Shown here one piece after another: positions 15,650 through 31,751 of a stretch of 64,000 nt of DNA. A model generated the notes under the pieces. It saw only the letters and a program-made list of their open reading frames with translations. It ran no database searches and was not told the DNA's origin. How positions within the stretch are numbered: position 1 is the first letter of the stretch; each line of letters opens with the position of its first letter. The position numbers were made by a program, and so were the translations under genes. The DNA comes from the human T2T-CHM13v2.0 reference genome, Homo sapiens, in the NCBI RefSeq assembly GCF_009914755.1, contig NC_060938.1; one strand, given 5' to 3'.

Positions 15650-16534
15650 TATTTTTTCCACATCCTCTCCAGCATCTGTTGTTTTCTGACTTTTTAATGA
15701 TTGCCATTCTAACTGGCATGAGGTGGTATCTGACTGTGGTTTTGATTTGCATTTCTCTAATGACCAGTGATGATGAGCTTTTTTTCATGTATTTCTTGGC
15801 CGCATAAATGTCTTCTTTTGAAAAGTATCTGTTCATATCCTTTGCCCACTTTTTGATGGGGTTGTTTGTTTTTTCTTGTAAATGTGTTTAAGTTCCTTGT
15901 AGATTCTGAATATTAGACCTTTGTCAGATAGATAGATTGCAAATTTTTCTCTCATTCTGTAGGTTGCCTGTTTATTGTGATGATAGTTTCTTTTGCTGTG
16001 CAGAAGCTCTTTAGTTTAATTAGATCCCATTTATCAATTTTGGCTCTTGTTGCCATTGCTTTTGGTGTTTTAGTCATGAAGTCTTTGCCCATGCCTATGT
16101 TCTGAATGGTATTGCCTAGGTTTTCTTCTTGGATTTTTATGGTTTTAGGTCTTATGTTTAAATCTTTAATCCATCTTGAGTTAATTTTTATATAAGGTGT
16201 AAAGAAGGCATCCAGTTTCAGTTTTCTGCATATGGGTAGCCAGTTTTCCCAACACCATTTATTATATAGGGAATCCTTTCCCCCTTGCTTGTTTTTGTCA
16301 GGTTTGTCAAAGATCAGATGGTTGTAGATGTATGGTGTTATTTCTGAGGCCTCTGTTATGTTCCATTGGTCTATATATATGTTTTGGTACCAGTACCATG
16401 CTGTTTTGGTTACTGTAGCCTTGTAGTATAGTTTGAAGTCAGTTAGCGTGATGCCTCCAGCTTTGTTCTTTTTGCTTAGGATTGTCTTGGCTATACGGGC
16501 TTTTTTTTGGTTCCATATGAAATTTTAAGTAGTT
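15650..16534 (-). mobile_element. L1PA internal ORF2 fragment with no 3' UTR
   Basis: Highly similar to 44590-45470 of the full-length L1; encodes [11 protein letters not shown]...NNRCWRGCG. Confidence 0.92.
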
Positions 16535-16619
16535 AAGTGTATTAGAGATTTTTATGAGTGCTTTTGTTATTTTGGTTTTAACAATCATTGAAAATTCAGA
16601 GAGTTTTTCACTGTTAATC

Positions 16620-18230
16620 TTTACTTTTTATTTGCTCACAATTTTGATTTCAGATAAAATTTACATGCACAAATGAAATACATAAATATTAAACTGGCAA
16701 TTTGATGACTTTTGACAAATTCATACACCCATGTAACCACATCCTTTTAAAGGTATACACATTTCCATAGCCTTAGAAAGTTCCCTCATTTATATTTCCT
16801 TCTATCAATCATCTCTGCCTCACCCAAACAACTTTTCTGATTTTTTTAAATTACAGATTTGTTTTGCTTCTTCTAGAATTTTATGTAAGTGGTATTGTGT
16901 AATGTCAGCAAGATATTTGTGATATTTTCCTATCAGTAATCTTGTTTCTTTTACTGATAAGTAATACTTCATTGTTTAATATTACATTTGTTGTTCATTC
17001 TCCTGTTGGTGGACATTTGGATTTGTCCAGTTTTTATCTATTATGATTAAGACTGCCATGAGAATTCTTGTATAGGTCTTTTTGTGGACATACATTTTTA
17101 TTTTCTTGGTTAGACACCTAAGAGTGGAATTGCTGGATTATAAGATAGGGATGTATTTATTTTTAAAAGACATCAGCACAGTTTATGTGGAAGTGACTGT
17201 ATTATTTTACATTCTCAGCAGCAATTTACTGAAGTTCTGGTTGTTCTGCATACTAATCAACACTTGCTATTGTCACTGTCTTTAATTGTAGCTATTTTAG
17301 TAGGCATGTATTGGTATATCATTGTGATTTTAATTTGCACCTCCCAGTGACTAATGCTGTTGTGAACTTTTTCAGATACTTATTGGCCATTCATATATTT
17401 TCTTTATTGAAACATCTGTTTATGTATTTTGCCCAATTTTATTTTGGATGATTTGACTTTTTATTACTGATTTGTGGTTCTGGATGTGGTTCTGATTGAT
17501 TCTGGATGAAGTCCGTTGTCAGATACGTGTATTAAAATATTTTCTCCCAGTTTTTGCTTGCGTATTTATTTTCTTAATACCATCTTTTGATGGGAAGAAG
17601 TTTTAAATTTTGATGACATCTAATTTATCAGTATTTTAGTTGTCTTGTTTAAGGAATCTTTCCTCATTTCAAGTTTGCAAAGCTGACAGCTTGTTTTCCT
17701 CTACAGGCTTTAATGTTTTAGTTTTCACTTTTAGTCTGTGATTTATTTTGAGTTACTTATCATGTATGGTAAGATAAAGATTGAAGTTCATTTTTTTAAA
17801 CAGGTGAATATCCAGTTGTTTCAGCATTATTTGTTGAGAGATGATTTTCCCCCATTAAGTGGCTTTCATGCCATTGAAACAAATTAATCGACCATGTAAG
17901 TGTGTGTCTGTTTATGGATGTGCTATTCTCTTCTAATGATCTATTTATCTATCTTTATGCTAATGTCACACTGCATTAATTACTGTAAATTTCTAAGACA
18001 ACCATTGAAAGTCCTCCAACTTGTTCTTTTGTAAGGTTGTTTTGGTTATTCTAGGTTTTTTGCATTTTCCTGTAATCGTTAAGAGTCAGATTTTTAATTT
18101 CTACAAAACACCTGATAGGCTTATGATTGGCATTGTGTTGAATCTATAGATCATTGGAACAGAGGGAGACTGACACCTTAATAATTTTTAGTTTTTCAAT
18201 CCATGATATATATCTCCATTTATTTCACTT
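16620..18230 (-). mobile_element. Old L1M 3' end/ORF2 fragment
   Basis: L1M 3' UTR and ORF2 C-terminal motifs (ggacatttggattt..., gagtggaattgctggat...). Confidence 0.7.
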
Positions 18231-18504
18231 ATCACAATCTGCTCCAAATTAATAATGCGCTACATGGTTTAAATTGTAATAATCTTTAAACAGCAAAATT
18301 CCGTTTACCCTCGTCTTTTTGATATGTTGACATATATTTTATATTCGTTTTACTTCAAATAAAACAATTTCCTTCAAAGAAATTAGGAGAAGCAAAAATA
18401 TACTCTTTTTTATCTACAAATTTATTTTAAATTCACTTTATTTCTTTATGTAGGAATTTCAATTTTGTTATTTTTCTTAACTTAAATAACTACCTTTTAA
18501 CATT

Positions 18505-18655
18505 TTATTTCTTTTCTTTCCTTCTTCCTCCCTCCCTTTCTCTCCTTTTCTTTCTTTCCTTCCTTTCTTTTTTCCTTTTTCTCCTCCTCTACCTCCTCTT
18601 CCTTTCTTTCTCTTCTTCCTTCTCTTTTTCTCCTTCTTATTCTTTCTGTTTTTTC
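18505..18655. repeat. CT-rich low-complexity tract
   Basis: ~150 nt almost entirely C/T. Confidence 0.85.
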
Positions 18656-18760
18656 TAATATTGTATATATCTCCTGTTGTTGAATTCAGTTCTCATTTAT
18701 ATGAATGTCTTCATTTTACTCTCATTTTTGAAGGATATTTTCACTAGATAGGAATAGATA

Positions 18761-19902
18761 TATGACATGAATATAAGGGACACCCTAGGGGATCTTCTGT
18801 ATTCAACATATATTCCTCCTTACCCCCATTGGATAGTGGCAACCCAGTTTCCTCTTGGTAGTGAGGATCTGTGATCCCAGGCAGTATAGCAGCCTCCTTC
18901 CTCACCTGTTGATTCAAAGGCATGAGGAATTCCAGGTGGTAATTTCAACTTCCAGACAAGTGGTATCCATGTTATGTCCTCCCGCGAAAGCTTTTCTCCA
19001 TTTGGAACTAAGATGCTTGAATTAACAGCATCTTAATTTGCAGAGATAGGAAGCAAATATTTTGCTAGTGGATCACTAGGGGTAAAAGTGAATGGAGTCA
19101 TTCCTATTTTTATCCCTTAATTCTTGGGCCCATGAATCCTGGCTATGGATAAAAAAACATTGTATAATAGACTCTGATACAGAGTACATATGTTACTTTG
19201 GAGAATCTTACCCAGCCCCTCAAGGGACTGCCACTTAGCTGGCACTGTAACCAAGTCTTCAAAAGACCATTTTGCCATTCTGTCAAGCTAGCTGCTTCAG
19301 GATGATGGGGGACATGGTAAGACTAATGAATTCCTTGAGCACAGGCTCACTGCTCATGTGTGCTTCCCTGTGAAGTGAGTTCTTGAATCAGAAGCAATGC
19401 TCTGTGGGATACCATGGTGGTAGATAAAGGCATTCTGTAAGTTCACAGACAGTTTTTTTTTGGCAGAAGCATTGTGTGTAGGGAAGGCAGATCCATATCC
19501 AGAGGAAGTGTCTATTCTAATAAGAAGAGAGCACAATCCTTTCTGTAATGGAAATGGTCCAGTGTAGTCACCCTTCCATTATTCCCCTGGTAGATTGCTC
19601 AGGGAATGGTGCCATGTTGGGAGCTCAGTGCTGGTCTGTACTGCTGGCAGACTGCAGACTCAGCAGTGGCTGTAGCCAGGTCAACATTGGTGAGTGGAAA
19701 TCCATGTTGCCGAGCCCTTGCAGAACTTCCATGCCTGCTATCATGTTTACTGTGTTCATGAGCTCATTGAGGAGTGATAGGAATGTCTGGGGAAACAGGC
19801 TGACTGGTATCCACAAAATGGATCATCCTGTCCACTTGATTATTAAAGCCCTCCTCTGCTATGGTCACCTTTTGGTGAGCACTCACGTGAAACACAAATA
19901 CT
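18761..19902 (-). mobile_element. ERV-L internal fragment: RNase H end, integrase, dUTPase (pseudogenised)
   Basis: Minus-strand translations: HVSAHQKVT..FNNQVDRM; HGFPLTNVDLATATAESAVCQQ; IDTSSGYG..HHGIPQSIASDSRTHFT; IPLVWKLKLPPG..LPGITDPHYQEE..NGGKEEY. These match the recalled HERV-L pol-dUTPase order. Confidence 0.88.
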
Positions 19903-20322
19903 CAGTGTTCACATGTGAATGCTTTATCTTGAAATGTAAATTATCTTTAAGATAATCTTGGTAATTAATATAAAGGACTAATTCTAAGGAAGAGCAGAAA
20001 ATGAAAAAAAAACTATGAGTGTAGCTAGAGACAATTCTTGATTTGGCAAAGACTTAGAGGAGGCAGGGAGAAATGAACTCAGACAAGAGTAATAACCAAT
20101 AAATATATAGCTGTATTTAGAAGTGAAGAGAGATGAAGTCAGAGAAGTTTATGCTTAATCCCTTATTTCTTATTGGATGTACTTTATTTGTTGAGCCTAG
20201 GAGATAGAAGGTTGGATTTAGGGTCTTGAGGTCAGTAAAACTATGCAGTGTGTGGAAGAAATCCAGGTAAGAAAATGAAATGGATTAGCATGCAGTATCC
20301 CACATGAGGTTGGAAATAATAA

Positions 20323-20643
<321 letters not shown>

Positions 20644-21053
20644 TGACAGTGAAAGTGGAGAAAATATATGTTTGTCTTCTATTATAATGGGTTTATCCTG
20701 GGTTGAAGTTGACAGGGTCTCTAGTGTAAGGAATTTGAAGGTGCTTGGGACAGTGTTACCAAAATAGTGAACCAGATGGTCTAGCACAGACAAAAAATAA
20801 TCCTTTTTAAAAGAAACTATTATTTTGCTCTTCTTAAAGAGTATTTTTAATAAGAAGGCAGAAGAATAGAAAGTTGTGATTTAAGAGCAAGAATTTTGAA
20901 TTAAGGATTAAAGAGACCTAAGAGCAAGATACAGTACTCGTGGACATTGTTTGAAGGTAAATTTCATTAGAAAAGGAAAATGGGTTAAATGTGAGGTTAG
21001 AGTGTTGTTTGGGTGACCATTGCTTTTGTCTAAAATTTTTGCAGAAAATTTTC

Positions 21054-21354
<301 letters not shown>

Positions 21355-21446
21355 CAGAAAATTTTCCATTAAAATACGGGAAAGTAACCTTGGTGGTCAG
21401 TAGTTCACAGTGTCACAGATGAGAAGCTAATCATCCAAATCAGTCA

Positions 21447-21748
21447 AACTAGCTGTGGTGAGGGACCATTTTTTAAGTTTTTTTCAAAGCTTCTTAAAAG
21501 TTTTATTATATGTTACTACTTTTGTAACATATAATAAAAATGAATTGCCAAAAAATGAAATTTAAAAAAATATGCAAAATTCAAACATATAGTTTTTAAA
21601 TTATTGGCTTTAACAGCCATAAAATTTCTTGTCAGATTACCATAAAATGTTTAATTGCTAACTCTGAATTCTAGTACTAGCTTCATGTCAGTAACAGACA
21701 GTTTTGGAGTAGTGCTTGTCCCTGGATCACACTTTGAGGAGCACTGCT
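21447..21748 (-). mobile_element. hAT-Charlie-type non-autonomous DNA transposon remnant
   Basis: Right end, reverse-complemented, reads CAGTGCTCCTCAAAGTGTGATCC, a Charlie-family terminus. Confidence 0.6.
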
Positions 21749-22092
21749 CTAAATGAGATAGCAGAAACTTCAAAAATGACAGCATTATTTAATGAAGTAT
21801 TAGTGGACTGGAAATAGCAGTTGGGAACCAGGAAAATCCAAGTCCTTTTCTCCTGCATCTGAAGTAACAGTGTGTGAGAGAAGGAGCATGCTCAGTTACA
21901 GAGGGTTCAGAGAGAAGTGTCACTGGAAGTGGGGCAGTTTTGTACTGAGCTGAGGAAATAAAGGGATTAGGCTTAAGAATATATAGAATGATCTTGGCAA
22001 TGAAAAATTACTTCCAAAGGCCAGAGATGATGAAAGTACAAAGAGAGCGGGCAGGTAAGGGAAAGAGCTAAGTCATAGGAAAATTATACTTT

Positions 22093-22126
22093 GTTTTTTT
22101 TTATTATACTTTAAGTTTTAGGGTAC
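22093..22126 (-). mobile_element. Micro-insertion of an L1PA 3' end (34 bp)
   Basis: ttttttttattatactttaagttttagggtac flanked by aaaattata(c/g)ttt direct repeats at 22080-22092 and 22127-22139. Confidence 0.75.
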
Positions 22127-24009
22127 AAAATTATAGTTTTAAAATACTAGTTGACTTTAGGGAGTTGAATGATAGACTGTTTTCACTAAGATTGCTCTTA
22201 AGTTAATCACCACTCAATAGTTTGAATGATGTTCCTGGACTTACATACACACATCCATAAAACAACTTTAAGAACATTAAAAAAAAAAGAATGCGGGTAA
22301 ATGATTGACTTCATTAAAAACTAGAAAGTGTCCTGAGAACTGTCTGAGGTCTCTAAAGCTTTTGCTACAGTAGTTGGTTAATCAGTACACAAATATTTAC
22401 TTGCTTCCTGTAGATAACACTAGTTATCATACTTACATGTTCAGAAATAATTTGAGTCTGAAGTCTCAATGAGAATGACTTTTTATATAATATTCAACTT
22501 GTTGATACTTTGATTTGTCATACGAACTTTTAGTTTTAGCCTTGTTGTAATCTTAGAAGTTAGAGTTGCTTCTGTTAGGATTTAACAATGTTTGGGCAGC
22601 ACATATTATACAAGAAAATTAAGAATGAGCACTTAAGTAATTGACAGCTCTGTTGAGATTACAACATTTATAATGGCAAATAAAGTTTGCAAACCAAGAG
22701 GAAGCACCTGTGATTCCAGGAGTATAATAACTGAAAAAGAGCTTAATAAACTATTAAACTGTGGCTATCATCCAGTAAACACTAATACTCTTTCCTGAAC
22801 TCTGCTTTGTGTTTTAAAATAGTATAAGAAACATCTCTGTCCTTTTATGCAATAACTGCCAACTTAACATTTAGGTTATACTGTTGTTTGTTTATGGATT
22901 TTGAGAAAATCCATTGAAGTTTACTTAAGAACCAACTCATTACAATGGTATTATTTACTGAATTTTATTTTCCTGATCATTAGCTAACTACAGAGTTCAA
23001 CATTACAAGGTTATAACTGTACAAAAAGGATCAAAACACCACATCCTAGTAGTTGTATTAGCCAGAGAAGTAAAGTCATCATCTTAGAAATAAATGCTTT
23101 TGCAGCACTGAAGAGATTATAAAAAAGGAATAAGCCAAATCAGACCTTTTATGTGGTAATTTTATAATTATCTTTATTTTAGTCATTTTAGTAATAAAAT
23201 ATTGTTCTACATTTTAATTACATTCTGATTATTCATATTAAACTATAGAAATGCAATACTTTTCTGGTATAATTCTTATCAAAACAAAATTCAGAACGGT
23301 TCTTGAATTTTTACATTTATTATTGACTTTGAAGAGGAAGTGTTGTTAGTGAATTGTAACTTTTAATTCAGCTACTATAATTGTAATCTCAAATCCATTT
23401 AGTCTCCAAAGAGGTTTTAGTTAAATATTCTAAACACCTGGAAGCTAGGAAAATACCAACATAGTGTTCTTAAATTTTATAGAAACATAATTCTAATTTA
23501 ACTTTAATGTATTAAGTATAGTTACGATTCCATATAATTAACAGTCCTCAATATAATTAACAGTTCACACATTAAATATGAGATATAATAGCCTTTATGT
23601 TTGGATTACCATTTCCTCTTGTTAAACCCAATGGCTATCCCAGCAGGTTGAGATCTTGAGAAGCCGTGAGTGTAATAAAAGGGCTGTTATCAGAACATCA
23701 GATACTTCTAAAGTTAAGAGACTGTGTAGCTTTTGTTTTTGTGTCCTCTTCATTTTTTTTTTTTTTTTTGCAACCTGTTTAGATTACTTCCTCAGACTTA
23801 TCATTCTACCCTGTCCTTCTTTTACCACTAGAATACACAGAGTACACAGCCAGAAAATTAGGATGCCAGGAGGAGAGATCAGAGAGGGATGGGTTAAACA
23901 GACAAGTGATAAATTAGTTTTTGTGACTTTTGTGTTCAGGACAGTATTTGTTGTATCTAAAGGGCTAAAATGGAGCAGACATCTGGCATATATTGAATAT
24001 TTACCTTTT

Positions 24010-25472
<1,463 letters not shown>

Positions 25473-26478
25473 AAACTGCATATAACTTTTGACTCCCCAA
25501 AACCTAACTACTAATAGCCTACTGTTAACTGGAAGTCTTACCTTTAACAACACACAGTTGACTAACACATCTTTTATATGTTATATGTATTATATACTAT
25601 ATTCTTAAAGTAAGCTAGAGAAAAGAAAATGTTATGAAGAAAATTGTAAGGAAGAGAAAATACATTTACAATACTGAACTGTATTTATCAGTGCCATAAA
25701 TTTACATCATCTGATTATAGGATGAATTATCCGAAATGGCAGGCAACCACAATTTTAGTTGTCAATCTGTGGAACATATCAGGCAATTCAACTTTTTTTT
25801 GGTAATGTCATGACTTTACTCTGCTTCTTTGGAGTACTTCCAACATCACTAGTGGAACTTTGTATGGTCCCATGGTGTTACTGAAGAGTTACAGTATTGC
25901 AGTGGACGAAAAATACGTGAGAACTGCAAGAGATCATTTTGCTATGATACACAATTTACTGGAGACATGAACTGCTGTTGTGGAAATGAGTAGCATCCCA
26001 CAGTGTTTTAAGGAGATACTTGCAATACTTTAGCTCACTGCAATAGCAATAGCAGGTGGTTATGAAATTATTATAGTAGTACAGTATTGCTACAGATAAT
26101 TTTATGCAGTTATGATCTAATACTATTAGGTCAGTGCAAAAGTAGTTGTGGTTTTTGGCATTAATAAATCTTTACCTTTGTTTACATTCTCTTGATGGCA
26201 AATGGTTCCGTGTGTAATCTGTGTGTGTGTGTATATTTTGATAAATTTTAACTTTTTCCAAGAAATTTGTATACATTTTATGGTAGTAAATTATATTAAT
26301 AAAATACTGCTATGCACATTTTTAATGTGTTCATGGTATACCTTTTTCTTAACTTTTTTGATATTTTTACATTACACAGTTCATCTGTGAGATTTTTCAA
26401 ATTGTCACAGATCTCCAATAATTTTTCTGATATACCGGGCCTACACAGTTCAAATTTGTGTTGTTCAAGGACCAACTG
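25473..26478. mobile_element. Tigger2-family DNA transposon (one TIR retained)
   Basis: Right end, reverse-complemented, is CAGTTGGTCCTTGAACAACAC with a flanking TA; internal Tigger2 sequence ataacttttgactccccaaaacctaactactaatagcctac. Confidence 0.85.
26126..26163. mobile_element. Half MADE1 (Hsmar1 mariner TIR) nested in Tigger2
   Basis: ttaggtcagtgcaaaagtagttgtggtttttggcatta versus recalled MADE1 TTAGGTTGGTGCAAAAGTAATTGCGGTTTTTGCCATTA, preceded by TA. Confidence 0.8.
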
Positions 26479-26480
26479 TA

Positions 26481-27540
26481 CTCCAATTAAAGACAGATAC
26501 TGTGACATATTAAAGGTAGTGAAAAGTCAGGACTCAATTATACATATTGTCTGTAAGAAGCATACTTGAGACAAGACACAGATAAGCTGAAAGTGAAACG
26601 TGGAAATATATAATATGTGAGCTATAAATATAAGAAAGTTGCTATGGCTATATTAATATCAGATGAAGTAGGCTTAAAGGCAAGGAGTATTACCAGAGAT
26701 AAAGAGGGACATATCACCAGAAATACATAACAATTCTAAGTGAATATATAAATAATAGCAGATCATCAAAGTACAAGAAGCAAAAACTGAGAGAACTAAG
26801 GGAAGAAATACACTATTTGGCAATCATTATTGGAGGTATCACTGCTGTTCTTTCTGTAATTGACGGACGATTTGAACAAAATTCATTACCGTTAGAGAAG
26901 GCTTGACTTTGCAATCACCTGTTGACAACTATAGAAATACAGTCGTCTCAAGTTCACATGGAACAATAAAAAAGATAAGACTATATGCTGGACTTTAAAA
27001 TAGGTCACAATAAATTTGAAGATTGAATTTATAGGCATATATGTTCTGTCTACAAGGGAGCTGAATGAGAAATTAACTAGAAAAGATATTTAGAATAGGA
27101 AATTAAGCAACACCTTTTAAATAATTCAAGGATCAATGTAAAGTAGAAAGGGAAATTTAGAAAAAATATAATAACTGAATAATATACACAGCTTCATGCT
27201 AATACATTTAGTAACCCAGTGTAAATAAATTTACTAAAACTATTTAGCTTTTCCGTTTCTTGTGCAAGTTTTGATAAATTGCATTTTCAAAGAATTTATT
27301 CATCTGGGTTAAGATACATTTGAAATAAAAATATTGATAATTGAATATTTTTAATTTTATGGAGATATGAGACCTCGACTGTTCAGACAATCTTAAAAAA
27401 GAATGAAATGGAAGAGTTATGCTATCTGATTTTAAGACCCTAAAACTATAAGGGACAGTCAAGACTGTAGCTTATCCATACGCAAATCAATGGAACTGTA
27501 TCGACAGTAGAAATAGATTCATTCATATATAATTACTTAA
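26481..27540 (+). mobile_element. Old L1M ORF2 fragments, sense orientation (first part)
   Basis: Degenerate EN-region sequence (ctccaattaaagacaga..., tgtctgtaagaagcatac, agagataaagagggacat). Confidence 0.65.
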
Positions 27541-29681
27541 TTGTTTTTTACATTTTTAACAGCTTTATTGAGATTCATATACCATTCATACCCTTAAAGT
27601 ATACAATATAATATTTTTCGGTATATTCAGATTTGTGTAGTCACTACTACAATTTTAGAACATTTTTATCAACCCCAAAAGAACCCCTGTACCCATTAAT
27701 AGACACTCTCCATTTATTTCCCCCAAATTTATTTCCACCAGCCCTAAGCAACCAATAATCTATCTGTCTATATATTTGTCTATTCTGGATTTTACATAAA
27801 TGTATTCATAAGAGTATGTGGTCTTTTGTGACAGGCATTTTTCATTTTATATAATTTTTTCAACATTTATCCATCTGGCAGTATGTATTAGTACTTTTAT
27901 TGCAAAATTGATCATTTTTAAATTGTCAAATTATTGTATGGATATATGCCATATTTTGTTTATTCATTTATCAGCTGATGAACATTTGCATTGTTTCCAC
28001 TTTGCGACTATTAGGCTGCTATGAACATTAATGTATAGGTTTTTGTGGGAGCATATTTTTCATTTCTCTTTAGTATATACTTTGAAGTGGAATTGCTAGA
28101 TCATGTGGTAACTAACATTTTGTTGAACTACCAAACTGTTTTCCAAAGTACCTTTACCATTTTACATTTCCACCAACAATTTATGAAGGGTCCAATTTAT
28201 CTACATTCTCGCTAACACCTGTTACTATCATTCTTTTTATTATAACCATCCCGGTGGATGTGAGGTAGTATCTTGTGGTTTTTAGTTTTTTGTCTTTTTA
28301 AAAATTGTGGTAAATATACATAACATAAATATACATAACATAAAATTTACTGTCTTCACTATTTTTACCTATACAGTTCAGTAGTGTTCGCATCACCATC
28401 CATCCATATCCAGAACTGTTTCATATTGCAAGACTTAAATTAAACAATAACTCCTCATTCTACTCTCCCCTGGCCCCTGACAACTTCACCCCTGACATTT
28501 CACTTTCTTTGTCTATGAAGTTGAGTATTCTAGGTACCTCATATAGGTGGAATCATACAGTGTTTGTCCTTTTGTGACTGGCTTATTTCATAATGCACAA
28601 TGTCATCAATGTTGATTTATGTTGAAGTGTATATCAGAATTTCCTTTCTTTTTTAGACTGAGTAATATTCTATTATTTGTATATACCACATTTTGTTTGT
28701 CAATTCATCTGCTGATGGCCATTTAGGTTGCTTCTAACTTTGGCCATTGTGAATAATGCTGCAATTTATATATTTTCATTGGAGAAATATCTTCTATTCA
28801 AGTTTTTTTGCCCAGTTTTAAGCTGGATTTGTTATTGTTTGTATATTCTGGATTAAACTCCTTATTTGATATATGATTTACAAATATTTTCTCCCATTCC
28901 ATGAATTGTCTTCTCACTCTCTTGGTTGTGTCCTTTTGTGCACAAGTTTTTTAATTTTGATATAGTCCAATTTTATCTTTAGCTGCTTGCGCTTTTAGTA
29001 TCAGATTCAAGAAATGATTGACAAATCCAATGTCATGAAATTTTTTCCCTGTATTTTCTTCTAAGAGTTTCAGAGTTATTAGCTCTTATGTTTAGGTCTT
29101 TGATCCATTTTGAGCTAATATTTGTATATGGTATAAGGTAAGGGTCCAAATTCATGGTTTTTTTTTTTTTTTTGCATGTGGATATTCAGTTGTCTTTGAA
29201 CTACTTGTTGAAAAGACTATCCTTTCCTCATTAAACGGTTTTGGTACCTTTATCAAAAATGACTTGTCTATATATGCACAGGTTTACTTTTAGACCCCAC
29301 TATTCTGTTTTACTGGTCTACATGTCTGTCTTTATGCCAATATCACACTGTTTTAATTACTATAGCTTCGTAATTTTGAAATTTGGAAGTGTGAAACTTT
29401 CATGTTATCATTCTCTTTTATTATTATATAATTATTATTATATTATTATTATTATATAATGCCCTCTTTGTCTCTTCTAAGTTGCTTTTCCAGCTATGTC
29501 TATTCCACTCATAAGCCCAACAAAGGCATTCTTTATTTCTGTTATAGTGTTTTTGATCTTTGGAATTTCTTTTTCGTTCTTTCTTAAAATTCCCGTCTCC
29601 CTGGTTATATTGCCCATCTGTCTTCCCTGATGTCTACTTTATCTGTTAGAGCCCTTAGCATATTAATCACAATCGTTTTAA

Positions 29682-30070
<389 letters not shown>

Positions 30071-30326
30071 TGTAATTTTATCTTAACAGCTAGACATGAT
30101 GTACTGGGTAAAAAGAGTACTAATGGGTCTTTTTTTTCCCCCTTGGTTGTAGTATCACTTGGTTGCTGTGGCTTCTTAAATGGTTTCTAGAATTCCCACA
30201 AAACATTGTTCCATATTGTGTTGTTAGTTGGTGTTCCTGTTGGGGATCTAGGGCTTGGAGCTTCTTTGTCAGCTATCTTACTGATAATCACTCTCCTCAC
30301 TGTGATCTTGATGTGCATTTCCCTAA

Positions 30327-30711
<385 letters not shown>

Positions 30712-31133
30712 TTGTATGTGTTCTTTAGAGAAATGTCTATTGTGATTCTTTCCTCATTTTAAAATTGTGTTATTTTTCTTTTGCTTATTGAGTTGTAAGA
30801 GTTCTTTATATATTCTTGATACAAGTTGTTTTAATCAGATATATAATTTGCAAAATTTTCTCCCATTCTGTAATTTGTCTTTTCACTTTCTTAATGATAT
30901 CATATGCAGCACAGAAGTTTTTTATTTTGATAAAATCCAATTTATTTTTTCTTCAGTCACTCAAAAGATAAGAAGGCTTTGTCTAACTCATGGTCACTAA
31001 AATTTACTCCTGTTTTTTCCTAATATTTTTATAGTTTATCCTTTACATTTAGTTGTATGACCTACTTTAAGTTCATTTGTTGTATGGTTTACAAAAGGCA
31101 TCCAACTTCAGTCTTTTGCATATGACAGTGGCT

Positions 31134-31751
<618 letters not shown>

